This document shows, one piece after another, positions 1 through 13,616 of a stretch of 64,000 bases of DNA (position 1 is its first letter; the number at the start of each line of letters is the position of its first letter). The translations under genes were made by a program, and so were the position numbers. The notes beneath the pieces were generated by a model that was not told the DNA's origin, did no database searches, and was given only the letters and a program-made list of their open reading frames with translations. This DNA is from Eremomyces bilateralis CBS 781.70 (Eukaryota): NCBI GenBank assembly GCA_010015585.1, contig ML975149.1, one strand, 5' to 3'.

Positions 1-261
1 ACTGTTGGCTCGTCCGGGCTCTAGCCTCGGTAACCCCCCTACCAGCAGGCACATCCCTCCAGTTTGCATCAAACCCTTCACCATCCTTCCCACTCTTCGG
101 ATTCATCCAGCGGTTCTACTCGCCTCCGAACCGCTCTTCGCCCCAATGCAATATCGAGATGCCGTATGAATGGCTAAAAAGGTTTGTATACGTATATTTT
201 CTTTTTCATCAAATCTTATTCGACGAATCAAACGAGGGAAGCCATTCTTTTCCCCTCCTCG

Positions 262-306
262 GACAGATGTTGCAATGACAGATGTTGCAATGACAGATGC
301 TGCAAC
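262..306. repeat. 15-bp tandem repeat x3
   Basis: gacagatgttgcaat x2 followed by gacagatgctgcaac. Confidence 0.85.
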
Positions 307-682
307 GGGATTCATGGCTTCAGCTTATTCTGCATTTAATTGATTGCTCTTATTGGAATGCCAAACCTAGGAAAAGCCAATTGCCCTCCTTGTGCAATAT
401 TGTGCGTACGGAGTAGAAAAAGACCGGCTGGCGGTTCGAGGCATTCCTACCTTTATAGCTGGCCTGGATAATTATTGTATAAAAAGCTCATTAGTTCTCT
501 TCATTGGAGTCTATATCCTCCGTTTCATACTCCAAAAGTACAGCTCCGATTTCCTTCAGTCACTCCTTTCTGATTTGAGCATTGTTCGGAGAACAGTCTC
601 CTTGCTGCAGGCAGCCATAAGGCCATCGTTCATCGTCATTCCTTATCTGCTGTATTGTTAACAATCCCCCCTGGTATCCACC

Positions 683-1574
683 ATGCTAGGCTCTCTGCTA
701 GTTGCATCTACCCTCCTTCCATTCGTCTTGGCTGGCGAATTATGGCAGCCGATACAGCGATCCCGTTTCCAGATCGTCCTGAACCGGCCTATGAAGGTAG
801 ACCCTCAAGGAAATGTCTCTCCGGACGCCACAATCTTCGATATCGACCTGTTTGACAACGATCCGACGACGATTGCCACGCTGAAGGGTCAAGGAAAAAA
901 AACCATCTGCTACTTCTCTGCTGGGACGTACGAGCCGTACCGTCCAGATAGCCGTCAGTTTCAGAGAAATGATATGGGGGCCCGACTCCCGGAGTGGCGG
1001 GATGAGAAGTGGCTCGACGTTAACAGCCAGAATGTCCGCAAGATCATGGCCAACCGTATTCAGCTTGCTGCCGATAAAGGCTGTGATGGGGTTGATCCAG
1101 ATAACATGGGTATGTCTTCCCACGTTTTCCATTACGACTTGGAGATATCTAACTATCACAGATGGCTACACGTATCGCCGCAACGGAGTGAGCCTCCGCA
1201 AAGCCGATACTGTCAAATACATGCGTTTCCTCTCCACAGAAGCCGAGAAGCGTGGCCTCTCCATCGGCCTCAAAAATGCTCTTGACATCGTCGAGGATGT
1301 TTTACCCTTTACCCAGTTCGCCGTGAACGAACAGTGCGCAGAGTACAAGGAGTGCGACGCCTATCAACCGTTTCTCGATGCTGGCAAGCCGGTCTTCCAT
1401 ATCGAATATCCGAAGGCCGCGCCCCGGATCAGTGGGAAGGATGTGCAGAAAGCATGCGAGGATAGATTTACTGGAAGTAGCATGGGAAACTTCTCGACCG
1501 TTTTGAAGAATTGGGATCTTGATGGATGGGCGGCGTTTTGCGATGGGAGTTCCGCCGAGACGGCCGTTTTGTAA
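683..1574 (+). CDS. Secreted glycoside hydrolase family 114 (endo-alpha-1,4-polygalactosaminidase-like), 2 exons
   Basis: Signal peptide; motifs FDIDLFD, ICYFSAGTYE, KGCDGVDPDNMDGY, IGLKNA, FAVNEQC, KPVFHIEY; intron 1110-1161 (gtatgt..ctaac..cag) joins the two ORFs in frame. Confidence 0.92.
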
Positions 1575-2458
1575 AGACAATGGTTTGTTTATGTTCTCAT
1601 TCTGTATTATTATCGCCCTTTTCGGACAGACAAACGGATATGATATGAGTAACTAAAAGGCGCACTCGGGAGCAGATATGATATGAATTTCATCGCTGGT
1701 ATTTATCGGTAGCTGGAGTGCTTCGATTTCGAGTGATCTCATTGGATCGTCCCCCGATGCCATGCATCCTTCATCTCAATCCTCCCAAGTCCCAACCCTT
1801 TTCATTCATCTTTCATCATCATTTAATCCAGTCGCCACCGAGACATTTGGGAACAGTATTGATGCTCGCAAGTCCTTCCGATTTAGACATTCTACGCGTC
1901 TAAAATGCTACCGTAAGGCTCATAGACCTTCCCTTATGGCATCCGTTTCAAGCCACATGACGAGGCCTTGCTAAGGCTCTGGCAAGGCTGACCGCTGCGC
2001 TCTTGGCGACAAAGTCATGATCGGCGGAATATGGTGCTCTCAAACTCCCATTTGCAGTTAGACGCCGACCGAGAAGACCGATATGTGGGTATTCCCCATT
2101 GCAAATTCCAATTCCTGTAGACTGTTGTGCAACTATTCGTATGGTAGTATATACGCCTGGCAAGGCAGGAAGAGCAAGGTTGCACAGATGCACATCGATA
2201 CTTGTTTCGATCAATTGCGATGTAGGATATCCGATATCACGTAAGAGCTCGAAATTCCAAGATATGCATTATTGAGGCACTTTGCGACCTTAAATATGCG
2301 ACTCTGATGGACGTGGTGCTTGGCAATCACTGCTGCCATTGACCTTATCCATTTGTTATAAAGGGAAGTCGCCTCCTTGATCTTCTACGGCTATGGAGTC
2401 ACTGCACACCCGTTTGTCGCTAGTCACTGTGGTATTCCTGTTGGTATATACTCTCTCA

Positions 2459-4594
2459 ATGCTCATATCATCGTATAATTCGGCCCTGGTCTGCCTGGCC
2501 TTCTCCTTACCGACTCTTTCTTTGGCAGGTGGTCACCCTCATCACGCTCGCGAACGGTGCTCCTTCGGTGATCGCTGCTGGCCCTCATCCCAAGAATGGC
2601 GGACATTCAATAAATCTGTGTCGGGCCGTTTGATTGCAAGTGTCCCAGCAGCATTACCCTGTCATGACCCGGATTTCAACGAAGGTGACTGCCAAGCTGC
2701 CCGGACAGGGTGGGAGGACAGCTTTTGGCGGACAGGAGAGCCGGGCGCTTATAGCGCAATTGTCTGGGAGATGTGGAATGATTTATGTCTCATCAACGGC
2801 ACTCAGGAAGAGAGATGTGGACAGGGCATCGTTCCGAAGTTGTCGGTTGATGTTCAAACGGTTGAGGATGTGCAGAAATCTGTCAACTTCGCCATGGAAA
2901 AATATCTCTATTTGGTGGTCAAGAACACCGGACATTGCCAGTGAGTTATCCTGAACAGTTCGAACGGCACCTCTCACATGTGGGCAGTTTAGGACGCTCA
3001 AGCGGAAAGGGGGGCTTCTCTATCTGGACACATAACATGAAGGGTCGAGATTGGCAAGACTCTTTCGTGCCGAAAGATGCTCCGGCTGGAACGAGTGGCA
3101 TTCCTGCAGTCACCCTTCAAGCAGGAGAACAATGGAGAGGTATGCCAATTTATATAGGGCTCCGTTAGCGAGCCGCAAAAGCTAACCAATGCAGACATAT
3201 ATATCGATGGCTCGGAGCGGAACCGTATCGTGGTTGGAGGATCTGCAAGGACAGTCGGTGCCGCTGGTGGGTATCTTACAGGAGGCGGTCATTCTCCATT
3301 CGCCCACTTCTACGGTCTTGCGGTCGATAGTACGTCAATTCTCTAGGATCAGAGGCGTTGGAAAGACTAACACAGTATAGATCTACTGGAAGTTAGCTTG
3401 GTCACAGCCACCGGTGAAGCCAAAATTGTCAACCAATACACGGATCCCGACTATTTTTACGCGGTACGAGGCGGCGGAGGCAGTTCTTGGGGAGTGATCA
3501 CGTCCGTGACATACAAAACTCACCCGTCCCCGTCCCACATGCACGTGGGACTTGTCCAGTTCAACGGAACGGACGAGGCCAGTCGTCGATTGATTCTTGA
3601 AAAGGCCCTTGCCGCCATTCCTAGCGTCACGGAAGGTGGCTACATTGGATATGGCGTCCAAGACCAAGGCTTTCAAGGTCTCTTCTCTCAAGCAAATGCT
3701 ACTAACGATACTTTCACGAAGGCCTTTGCGCCATTTTTTGAGATAACCCAGCTTCCTGGAGTTAGTGGTCAAGTGTTTGGATTCAAATTGCCATCCTGGC
3801 GGGCCTACATCGATACTTTCCTTACGGATCCGAACATTGCAACAAACAATGTCGATACCACTAGACTCCTGACGAAGAAAGTGCTCCAAACGAAGAACAA
3901 AGAGCTGGTAGACTTAGCATTCAGTTACGAAGGGGGCTGTGGTTTCAATTTTAGTAAGCCATCCTGGATACTGTCGCACTGGACCACAACCATCTACTGA
4001 AACTAATCGATCAATAGTCGGCAACGTCGCCCAGGCTGAGCGGGACAACGTGGCAACGCACGACATCTGGAAAGAGAGCCACACTATCTTCAGCATCGGA
4101 AGTAACTACGAAGACGATGCTCCAACACCGGAGAAAGTTCGCAAACGACGCCAGACCTTAGAGATTAGCAAACGCTTGACGGAGATCGTAGGGGAGGACG
4201 GTGGAACATACATCAATGAAGCCAGCCCGTAAGTGAATCTGGGTTCCTTTCTCGTCCGTTCTCGTATTGGCTGCCCCAGCTGCATGCTCGTTAGCATTAT
4301 GATCTCAAACAAATGAGTACCGGCGTGATGCCTAATTCGCAGATTGGAGATCGGAGTCGCTTGTTTGAGTGGTCTCCTACGGTGGACGGTTCCGCCTTGT
4401 CGTCCTCGGCTTTGATACTTGAACAAAGCTAACACCACGCTTCCAGGTTCGAGCCGGATTGGCAGAACGTGTTCTGGGGTGCGAAGTACAAACGCCTCTT
4501 GAAGATCAAAAGAAAGGTCGACCCCACCAACTTGTTCGTCTGTAACCGCTGCGTGGGTTCAGATTTACTGTTTGAGCCATGGTCCAAACTTTGA
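2459..4594 (+). CDS. Secreted FAD-linked oxidoreductase (FAD_binding_4 + BBE domain), 6 exons
   Basis: CWPS, VVKNTGHCHLGRSSG, VGAAGGYLTGGGHS, AVRGGGGSSWGV, YINEASPFEPDW..FWG..Y.RLL.IKRKVDP; introns 2941-2987, 3140-3194, 3330-3380, 3954-4017, 4229-4446; an upstream ATG at 2393 is possible. Confidence 0.9.
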
Positions 4595-5468
4595 GGGCCA
4601 TTCTCTATTTCCGCGAATCGGAGTCATGGTGATAAAAGGGCACGGAACTTCTTCCAGAAAGTAATACGAGTGACAGTTCGGTTGTCAACCCATCCATTAA
4701 TGGCCCCTATTATGTTTCCAAATATGTAATCTAAAAAACCTTTATTATTGTTGAGTTTCAAGGGAGACGTCTGAACCACGGTGCCGTGAACTTTGCCATT
4801 TAGCTGGACTTGGCGGCAATGGCGCAACTTTCTGTCAGAGCATAGCGAATATTTCATACAACAGCAATCGACCTTAGCGAAAGGGGGATGCAGAAATGCC
4901 ATCGAAATGTTCGAGTTTGTGGTACTCTTGGGCAGCAACACGTGCTGGAATGGTCAGGGGGCGTTCTTGGTCGCTTAAAGAGTCCTCCTGAAACCTCACT
5001 CATACACTTTCAACTTCAACTTCGTCATCAAATCAGCTCAGGACCGCCCAACTCCGTGTGCTAGCAAGCACATATTCCGTTTATGTCTTCACCCATTATG
5101 CGACGCATTAATGGCCTAGTAGGTTCCGGATTACCGGATATGAAGGATTGTCTGCATCAAACCGTCAGGTACTCTCGGCGGCAACGGTGAGAGGAGTGGG
5201 TGTAGGTAATGGCATCCCAGAACTTCAAAAGGGCTAGCTTTCGCATATCACGAAGTATTTCTTAATCACCAACTTCAAATTGCTTACGATTTTGGGTCTC
5301 GCACTGTTCTCTCTCCTTAACCTGTCGTTTTCTTTACTCCATTCGCTTCTCTCGCGCAGGTCGCCCGCTATACTTTCCTTTAGGCCAAGCCTTAATTGCC
5401 TTTGCAAGTCGATCTCGCGATTTATTTGTCATTTTTTCTACCCAGAAATCCATTATTTATAGTTAAAT

Positions 5469-6842
5469 ATGGCAAAGTATGCAGCTTTGTTGAGTGTTTT
5501 GATTGTGATGGTGTCCGCACGGTAAGGATTCCACATATTATGGCTTTGGCTAGTACTATAATGCCTCTTATCTCACACCTCTTCGTAGCTTCAATCAAGA
5601 ACAGATCCCGATTCCAGCAATCCAAGCTGTCAACGGTGGCGACCCTGGTGAAGCCCCAACCATCGCCGGTGCAGCCATAAGCGACCTCCTCGGAGCCGCC
5701 AATGCTTGCAACAAGGTACGTACTCCTTACCCCATTCGAGAAGACCGTGACTAAACTTTTCTTAGCTCGCTCGAGGCGATCAAATCCTAGGCCAACTGGG
5801 TAATGGAGCTGATGCTGTTGCCGCAGCCCAAGGAATCGTTGGGGCTGAGAAGAACTTCAATCCCTCCGCAGCCGCTATCCCAGTCATCTGTGGAGACCCA
5901 GCCCTCCCGTCCAATCCGCTCATTCGCGGAATCACCCCATTGATTGATCCTGACGTTGTCGGCTCTGATATCGCAAATGCACTTGCAGCGCAGACTCTGC
6001 AGAATCCGCTCACCGCGAATGGCAAAAGCGTGGCTCAGTTGCTCCAGGAGAATGGGTTCTCGAATTTCACGGTGCAAATGCCCGATGAGTCAACTACGGC
6101 GATCGAAGCGCAAGCTGCTGGCGGAGAGGCAAATCAAGGCCAACAGATCAATGAAAACCAGAGGCTGCAGATCAATGGCAATCAAGGCCAACACAATGAC
6201 ACGAATCAGGGCCAACAAAACCATGGCAATCAAGGCCAGCAAAATGACAGGAATCAGGGCCAACAAAACAATGGCAATCAAGGCCAGCAAAATGACGGGA
6301 ACCAGGGCCAACAAGGCCAGCAAACGGTCACCGTGACTGTGACTGAGACTGAGGCAGCTGCCTGCACAACTGCTGCCGCGACCGCCGCCGAGGCTACCGC
6401 CACAGCTCCTGCAGCTCCCGACCAAGCAGCAGGCAATGGCGGCAACGGCGGCAACGGCGGCAACGCAGGCGTCCAACAAAGCACCATCGCCGGCCTCGAC
6501 TTCGGCCAATGCGTCCCAACGATGAAATTCGAAGGCGGGCTCGGGGGGCGCCCCGCGACGGAGTTCACCTTCCTCCCGATCGACCCGCTGTGCGCGCAGG
6601 GGCAGCAGGAGGCGCTCAACCCGAACATCATCACGAATCGGATCTGCGACCAGCTGACGAACGTGTGCGGGGCGAACGACGCGGCGAAGGCGGCGTGTCG
6701 GGAGGCGCAGGCGGCGATCGAGGCGCTAGGGACGAGGGATCAGGGGACGGCGGATGCGTGGAATGCGGAGTTGGGGTTTGGGGGTGCGGCGGGAAGGGTG
6801 AGGCGAGGCCGGATTATGAGGAAGCCGATTTCTCGGGGGTAG
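5469..6842 (+). CDS. Secreted fungal protein with Gln/Asn-rich octapeptide repeats and a Cys-containing C-terminal domain, 3 exons
   Basis: Signal MAKYAALLSVLIVMVSA|RFNQEQ; introns 5522-5588 and 5716-5765; C-terminal DFGQC..QQEALNPNIITNRICDQLTNVC..C. Confidence 0.8.
6132..6323 (+). repeat. Coding 24-nt tandem repeat x8 (NQGQQNxG-type)
   Basis: NQGQQINE NQRLQING NQGQHNDT NQGQQNHG NQGQQNDR NQGQQNNG NQGQQNDG NQGQQGQQ. Confidence 0.9.
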
Positions 6843-7180
6843 AGGTGGTCTGGCTACAGATGGCTCCCGGTGCGATAGAGCCGCGGAAATGACCGTGTGT
6901 TCGAAAGGAAAGGGGTTGTTGTTTTCCGACGGAAATCCAACAATGTAGGGTACCTTAGTGTTGAATCCCTGCTAAAGAGATGCTTTACATCATTCAATTG
7001 AAACGCATGATCTACAACTTCGGTGCCGTCGCGGAACGGCATGCTCTGGGTATCAATTTCAAAATTGGTGTACAGCTTAGGTAGGGTAAAGTATCAAAAC
7101 GACTGAACCTTCGCTCTAAAAATGCCATGTGCCGGAAAAAAGAGAATACAAACCCTGGGTATCAACTTATGAAAATAAAA

Positions 7181-8792
7181 TCAAGGGCCTTTGGCCTCGT
7201 ATATCAGGCCATTGCAGCTCAACACCGTTCCAAGACCCTGGTGGATTTCGACCTGGAATGGCTGGAACGGGACTCTTTCACCATCGATGCTAATGTATCC
7301 GTCCTCCTGATTCTTCGGGATGAGGCGGTACGCGACCACCTTCTCGTAACTCACGTACTTTTGCTGAAACCAGGTGTCGTTCGCAACTGCTCCCATGCAT
7401 TTGAATGCCTGCAGCCGCGGGACGTCGCTGTACATCCGCACGAGATCGATATGGCCGTCGTACGGGAGAGAGGCAGGGAATATTTTGGTGTCGGGAGCCA
7501 AGTAGGCCATGGTGCCTGCAATGAACATGGCCATCTTGTCTTCGGGATTTGTCTCCCACGACTCGGGGATTGGGTCATTGATGGTGCCAAATCGAAGCGG
7601 TGGAAGTGGTGCATCTTCCCCTACCGCCGGCCGCTTCCATGACTTCTCGATGGGCTGCGTGGTTTGTTCTAAATAAAATGACTTGATGTCCTCCTTATCC
7701 TTGATAGCTGTGCAGATGGCGATGTCGCAGGGGTACGTCGCCTTGCGGAGAATGCGAGTTACCATTCCGTACGTAAACCGTTCGGCGCCCATCCAGCGGA
7801 GATGCTCGGTCGCGAGGTCGGATTCGGCAATCTGGCCGTATGACTGCGAAAGGAAGGAAAGGGTACGTTGATCCCCCTGTGTGATGGACATCAGGTCGAG
7901 GGGTGTCCGTACCCCCTTGACGACTCTCAACGCAGCTAGGCTCGGGCTGTCTGTGCCAGCGAGATTTAAACTCATGGAGTTTCCGCTACCGCAGGGAAGT
8001 TGGACCACGGCAATTTTCGACAGCGCATATGCAGCATTTGGCTTCTTTGCAAGGCCGTTGAACACCTCGTACGGAACGCCGTCCCCGGAGCAGCACGCTA
8101 CCACATCCCATGCCTCAACGTCGAGGGCTTGCGCGATCTCGACGCCATGTCCATGATATTCCGTTTGTTCCACTGAGATTGTGCAACTAGCCCCAGCAAA
8201 GATCGGCTCGATGTCTCGAAGGTAGTATTTCGCTGCTTTTCCTTGTCCTCCGAATGGATTGATGATGACTTTGATGCGCTTGTGCAATAGCGCCTTGCCA
8301 TAAGCAAGGCTCAGGAGGCGAGCGACCCACGTTTCCACGTTGTCCAGGGCAGTTTTGTCAATTTGATATGATGTGAGTATAGGACGGGCCGTGGAGGAGG
8401 TGGGATGTACGGCGTAGGTGATTGTGACTTGGGTTGACATATGAGACACCCAAAGGATGTCAGAGTAGGGAATGGACTTCGTAGGGGAACGGGCTAGACA
8501 CTATGAGCTCCTATGCGACCCAATGTTAGGCGCTGGATGTAATACGTACCGCGACGCTTCAAGGGTAAACCGCAACTGCTGGTCCTCTTTGTGACAGGCT
8601 CATCCTCTGCCAAATGTCAGAATCTGAATCTCGACTCCCAGGGATGGATTTATTACCTAGTACTAGTAACGAGTCTGTTCCCAAATTCAGAGTCGCGCCT
8701 TTGCCCGTCCGGAGCATCAAGGTAATGTCCCCGGAAGCATCGGGAGGATGCGCTGCTGCTTCCGGGCTGGATTCATGGAATGGATTCGCCAT
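7181..8792 (-). CDS. Sphingoid long-chain base (sphingosine) kinase, LCB4/LCB5-like, 3 exons
   Basis: DAGK motifs INPFGGQGKA, CCSGDGVPYEVFNGL, PCGSGNSM, ESDLATEHLRWMGAERF, ISIDGE; two short 5' introns (about 8607-8657 and 8495-8549) give MANPF...SIPYSDILW. Confidence 0.92.
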
Positions 8793-9086
8793 CGCGACAA
8801 CCGGATGTATCAACACTATCCGTCTAGAGTAAAATGTCTACGAAGGCAAACATCCTCAAAGGCGATCTTCAGTCTTCTCCTTAGAAGGAGAAGGTTCTTG
8901 GAATCATCATAACTGGATGTAGTACCTCAGGACAAAGCGCTGCTGCTTACGAAATGGAAGTCACATTGGTCGTAATGTAACTTAGGATCTGTAATATGAC
9001 CAATGAAAGATGATATATAGAACATCTCAGGTGACTAATTGTATTTATGCCTGAGTGCCTTGTGATCCATTCAGATTCAGGTTCCA

Positions 9087-9211
9087 GATGACCTGGATGA
9101 CCTGGATGACCTGGAGTCCAAATGTGTTTGTGTTCAATTATCAGTTAGTTTACCGAAACTACATAACTAGTTAGTTACCGAAACTACATAGTTAGTTAGT
9201 ACTGTAACTAG
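9087..9211. repeat. Short tandem repeats and TA-rich patch
   Basis: (gatgacctg) x3 at about 9087-9115; duplicated agttagtt(t)accgaaactacata at about 9143-9200. Confidence 0.7.
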
Positions 9212-9902
9212 AGGGCGGTAGCAGTCGAAGGGTCGTATTTCATTCCATCAGACTGCAACCAGACGATTACCTCCTCCCTGAAAGCTCCAGTGCTCTGCTC
9301 TCGACTGTCACATTACACAAGGGAATCAGTTCATCAGTGTCTTGAGTCATTTCATTATAATCATGGTTGCTAAACCTTCGTCATCTTTTCGGTTAACAGG
9401 TGTATACAATATGCGCCTGTTGAACTCTCCCTCTCGTCCGCTTTCCGTACCAAAGTCTCATTCGCTGGCAGCTCCAACGCTACACAGCTCCACTCTAGCT
9501 GCAGCATCTAAGCAACCGTTGGTCGATTGCATGAACGCCAAAAAACTTGTCATCAACGCATTCTTTTTTCAGATCCAGCCTCCAGTTGACTGGATGGCGC
9601 GAACCTCGGATGCGCTAGAGGAGTCGTGCGACTTCCTTACATATATCCAATGCATAAATCGTCTCTGGTGTCCCGCTCCGCCCGTCTCTTAGTAGCGGAT
9701 GCATTCATGCAACTTCCCTAATATGGCCGACCTGCATTAGCAGCAGCATCGACAATTCGCAGTGTCGCCACAACGACGACTTGATCCAGCGTCGCATCAG
9801 GATCTACGGCAAGCTTCAACGCTCGTATCGTGACTTAGTCCAGAGGGGTAGCTCTATTCGGTTTGGTCAAATGCCATTCCGGACGTTTCGGTCCATTGCT
9901 GT

Positions 9903-10145
9903 TCAGTCTTTCTTTCGAGCGCTAAGTGTAAATCTCCTCCGGAGCTTGTTCTTTGTTGGCGACATGGGCGCCTGGGCCTCTACGGGACTTCCCGGAGTCG
10001 AGGATGAGCTGGCGGTGCTGCTGCCGCTTCGAGAGCTTGAGCGTTGGATGGTTTCGTTAAGGATGTCGTCCAGGCTAACATTGCGGTCAGAGAATATGGG
10101 CGCGACTGACGTGTCGATATGTTCGGTGAACTTCGATGAAGCCAT
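9903..10145 (-). CDS. Small 80-aa Ser-rich hypothetical protein
   Basis: Good ATG context (gtcgccATGG); protein-like MASSKFTEHID..NVSLDDIL..SP sites..basic C-terminus; pyrimidine-rich leader. Confidence 0.65.
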   Translation of the reverse strand: MASSKFTEHIDTSVAPIFSDRNVSLDDILNETIQRSSSRSGSSTASSSSTPGSPVEAQAPMSPTKNKLRRRFTLSARKKD

Positions 10146-13100
10146 GGCGACTATGTTTGGAGGTTTCTAGCGGGTTGGAGGGAGTGAGAACTTGTTGGTA
10201 GGCGAAAAATTGTGACTGTGACGAGGGTTTGTATCAAGGATGATGTCTGATATCTCGAAGAAGTGGCGTGTATCTGCCAAACAACAGCTGATATAGATGG
10301 GGAGTCGGCTTTCAAAAGAGTTTGATTCAGGGTATAATTATGTCTGTATTCTTCATCTTCGGCATTCTGCGGGCTTGGGGATCACCAGGCATTTATAAAA
10401 AGTGCGGCCAGAGTGGCACACACGACTCACGACTCACGAGGGTGTCACACGCCCATCTCCTACAGCGTTGCCGGCGTCGCACCGCCGTCACCCTGTCGCG
10501 CACTCGCGTCGAAGAGCGAGAGAGGATCAGAGGACCCCCCCGGCCTGAGAAGCAACGGTTCATGATTGATCGGCACGCACGGCAGTGCGGCCAGAGTCGC
10601 CAGACACAGAACTCAGGGTCCAACCCCCAGCAAGACCCGAGTCTAGCCCTTAGCATGGGCGGGTCTCTCCGGAGGGCGGAGATGATTTGCGGTTCATCAG
10701 ATCCCCGTTTTGGCGAGTCAGTCCTGGTTCCAAGAAAAATCTGTGGATGCTCGAATGCATACACTGCGACTGTCTGCGAGCTAAATCCTTAAGTTTAGTG
10801 GGGGAGGGTCGAACAATATGACAATATCCCTTGCAAGTTGAGATGGCGAAATGAGTTGGGCGAAACACGAAACCTGTTCCGAATCTCAAAAATCCACTCG
10901 AATGTCCTTGAGGGCGCATGGAATCCTCGTTAATGTTGCCCCTTCCAACGGTGGATCCAGATGGACCAAAATGCCCAAAACCGCGGAGGATCGACGACGA
11001 CAAAAACGCTTGTCCAGTTTGCTAGGGGTCCTCGCAGCATCGGAACTGCGGAATCCTCAGGAATTTCATCCTGCATTCTCTCGTTGCGTGTGGAATTGCC
11101 GCAGACCTCACCTCAAACCCTTGACGGATCCCGAACCGTTGACTGTGGCGAAAGGGTCTCGTGCTTCAACAAAGCGGGCACGAGAAATCAGTTGCGCCGA
11201 CTCGAAGCGGAGCGAGATGATTCGCAGAGCTCTTGGGCGATGTTGAATGTCGAGGCATTTCTGGCATTTTCCAAGATCCGGGAGCCGGTAGGACTTTTCA
11301 TCGTTGTGGCTTGCAACTAATGCGCGATTAGGCTCAATTTGTGATGGTTGCCACACTATAATTGGCACTGGTCTCGTGCCCCTCATAATTATGGTGTTGC
11401 CTGTTGGCCTCTTCGAATAACAAGCCAACGAAAATGCCAGACACCAACCTTGTCCCGCCAACAAAAAGGTCCCTCAGTACTTCCGTTGAAGAACCTCCCC
11501 TCATGGTCTTTGGTTGGGAACAGCAGTGGCTCAACCAGGTCTAGAGCTTCACTGAAGCATGAAATCCATCCTATGCAACAGGTGATGCTCGACTGGAACT
11601 AAACTTGGACAATAGCTGATTCCTTGTTGTGATGCTTACGCGCCCCTCTAAAATTTCCTCTTGAATTTGGGTGGATTCTCACTTTTCCCAGACTGGATAG
11701 GTACATCGAACGTTGGGCAATATCATTGGTTGTAGACTTCCCGAAGAGAGTCTTTGTCGTCGATCTCACCACACCATGTATGATGCAGCGAGTTACAGAC
11801 TACAGCATACCCTGGTGATCTTGGACAAGCCTCGTCTATCTAGATTCAAGCTCTTTCGGAGTACAGGGTAACCTTCCGGCTTCAGGGTCCCAGACGCTGT
11901 TCCCCAGGTTTCAACGGACTGGTATGAATCCGAGCATGAGCTTCATAATGAGTCCATATCGGAAGAGAACAAGTACCAGTACCATAGCACGACTCCAGTC
12001 CACGATTTCCTTTGTTCAGACATGCAAATGGGATTTAGCCATGATGCTGCGTAACCATCTCATATCCTCGATGACGACATTTCGGACTGCTGGTCCATTT
12101 TTCGTACATCCTTAAATATATTCGGTATACTTCGAACTCGACCGTATCGGAGATGATTTAATCAATTCCCTCCCCATTGTGGTTGCACCATGCCAATCCT
12201 AAGTCAGGGATATTCATGGGATTTAAAAGGAGTCTGAATTTAATCCTTTATCGTCACTATATTTCCCTGTATCCAGGCGCCGATTCTTCGGGTACGGATG
12301 ACGGTTAGTGTCATTCTGCAGGAGTCCGTGTGCTCTATACCGTGAAGATGGTCCATGGTTACACGGAACTAATTCTGGTCATTTAGTTCCTGCGGTGGTT
12401 GATGTTCGCAATACACGATCAATCCACAGGAATATCATCTTCTTCTTTCGCTACTACCTCCACATGACGAGCCAGGGAGCGCAATCGGTCATTTGAACCG
12501 GGCCATCTTCGCCATAAAGCAGGGCCACGTCCACCGTCAGCAACCTTCGGAGATAAGCACGAATTTGCATGGGAAGCTGCTGGTCAAGGAGAGGAATCCG
12601 CGATTTACCGGAGCATGTTGATTGTGGCAGTCTGCAGTTGAGATGCCAATTAGTAGAGGTATTCTTTGCCGCGAAACTTGCCGGCTTAAGTCAAACTCGG
12701 TCCCTTGGAGAATTTAAGAGAACCTTAAACCATGGGTTGTAAAAGGATATGTCATAAATTTGAGGTCTACAATCATCACAATCCCGTCTGCATTTAAGAC
12801 CGGATAGCGAGCCCCGTTGATATGACATCACCGCTGCCTCTTTGTACACCCACTCACACCACTGTAGTGCCCTGATTGACATTTCAAGCGAATTTCTAAA
12901 CGATTGGCCCAGGTTAGATTAAAATGATAACTTGTGATATCCAGCCATCCAGGACACACTCTACTAATATAGCAAAGCCATATACTAAAGAGGAAATATG
13001 GTGATCGCTGTATATCGAAGCACAATCCTTCCTCTTCCCTGTAGAGAGCAGAGTCAAGGTACAAAGGCCTTTGTCGACAAACTCATTGTACAGCACTAAA

Positions 13101-13616
13101 ACTCTAAAGTCTGGCTTCGTAGCATTTAACGCCTCGAGGATGTGGAACAACAAAGGTTGCATACTAACAATGAGGTAACAAGAGGATAACTAACGAAATA
13201 CTAACTAACTAAATTATTGTTTAAGGACCATACCTAGTGATACCTTTATATCAACTCCTAGACTATAGACTCTGGAAGTGCCAGTATAAATTCCTATCAA
13301 CTGCATATCCTCATCGACTCATTCAATTGTTTCTTCTAAAATCCTGGCTTAGCCACAGTGCTTACTCAACTCAGTCCAAGCAGTATCATAAAAACGATAC
13401 CGATTTAAATTGTCGTGAGAAGGGTATCCACACCACTCTATTCGCCTGCGGGTTTTGACGACGGTTATTCCCGCTGAACAGTAATTACGAGTCCAACGAG
13501 CTCAAGTGGACTAAAATTATAGACAAGTGCTACTGCTGCCTTAAGGGATATAGGCGCAATGAGAAGAAGCACCTGAAGAATTGCACATACACTTCCTGAT
13601 GTAGGTTAAAGACTAG

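Noticed and set aside
6132..6323. NLR-type amyloid signalling motif (HET-s, PP, sigma)
   Set aside because: Spacing does not match, the host protein is secreted, and no NLR is adjacent
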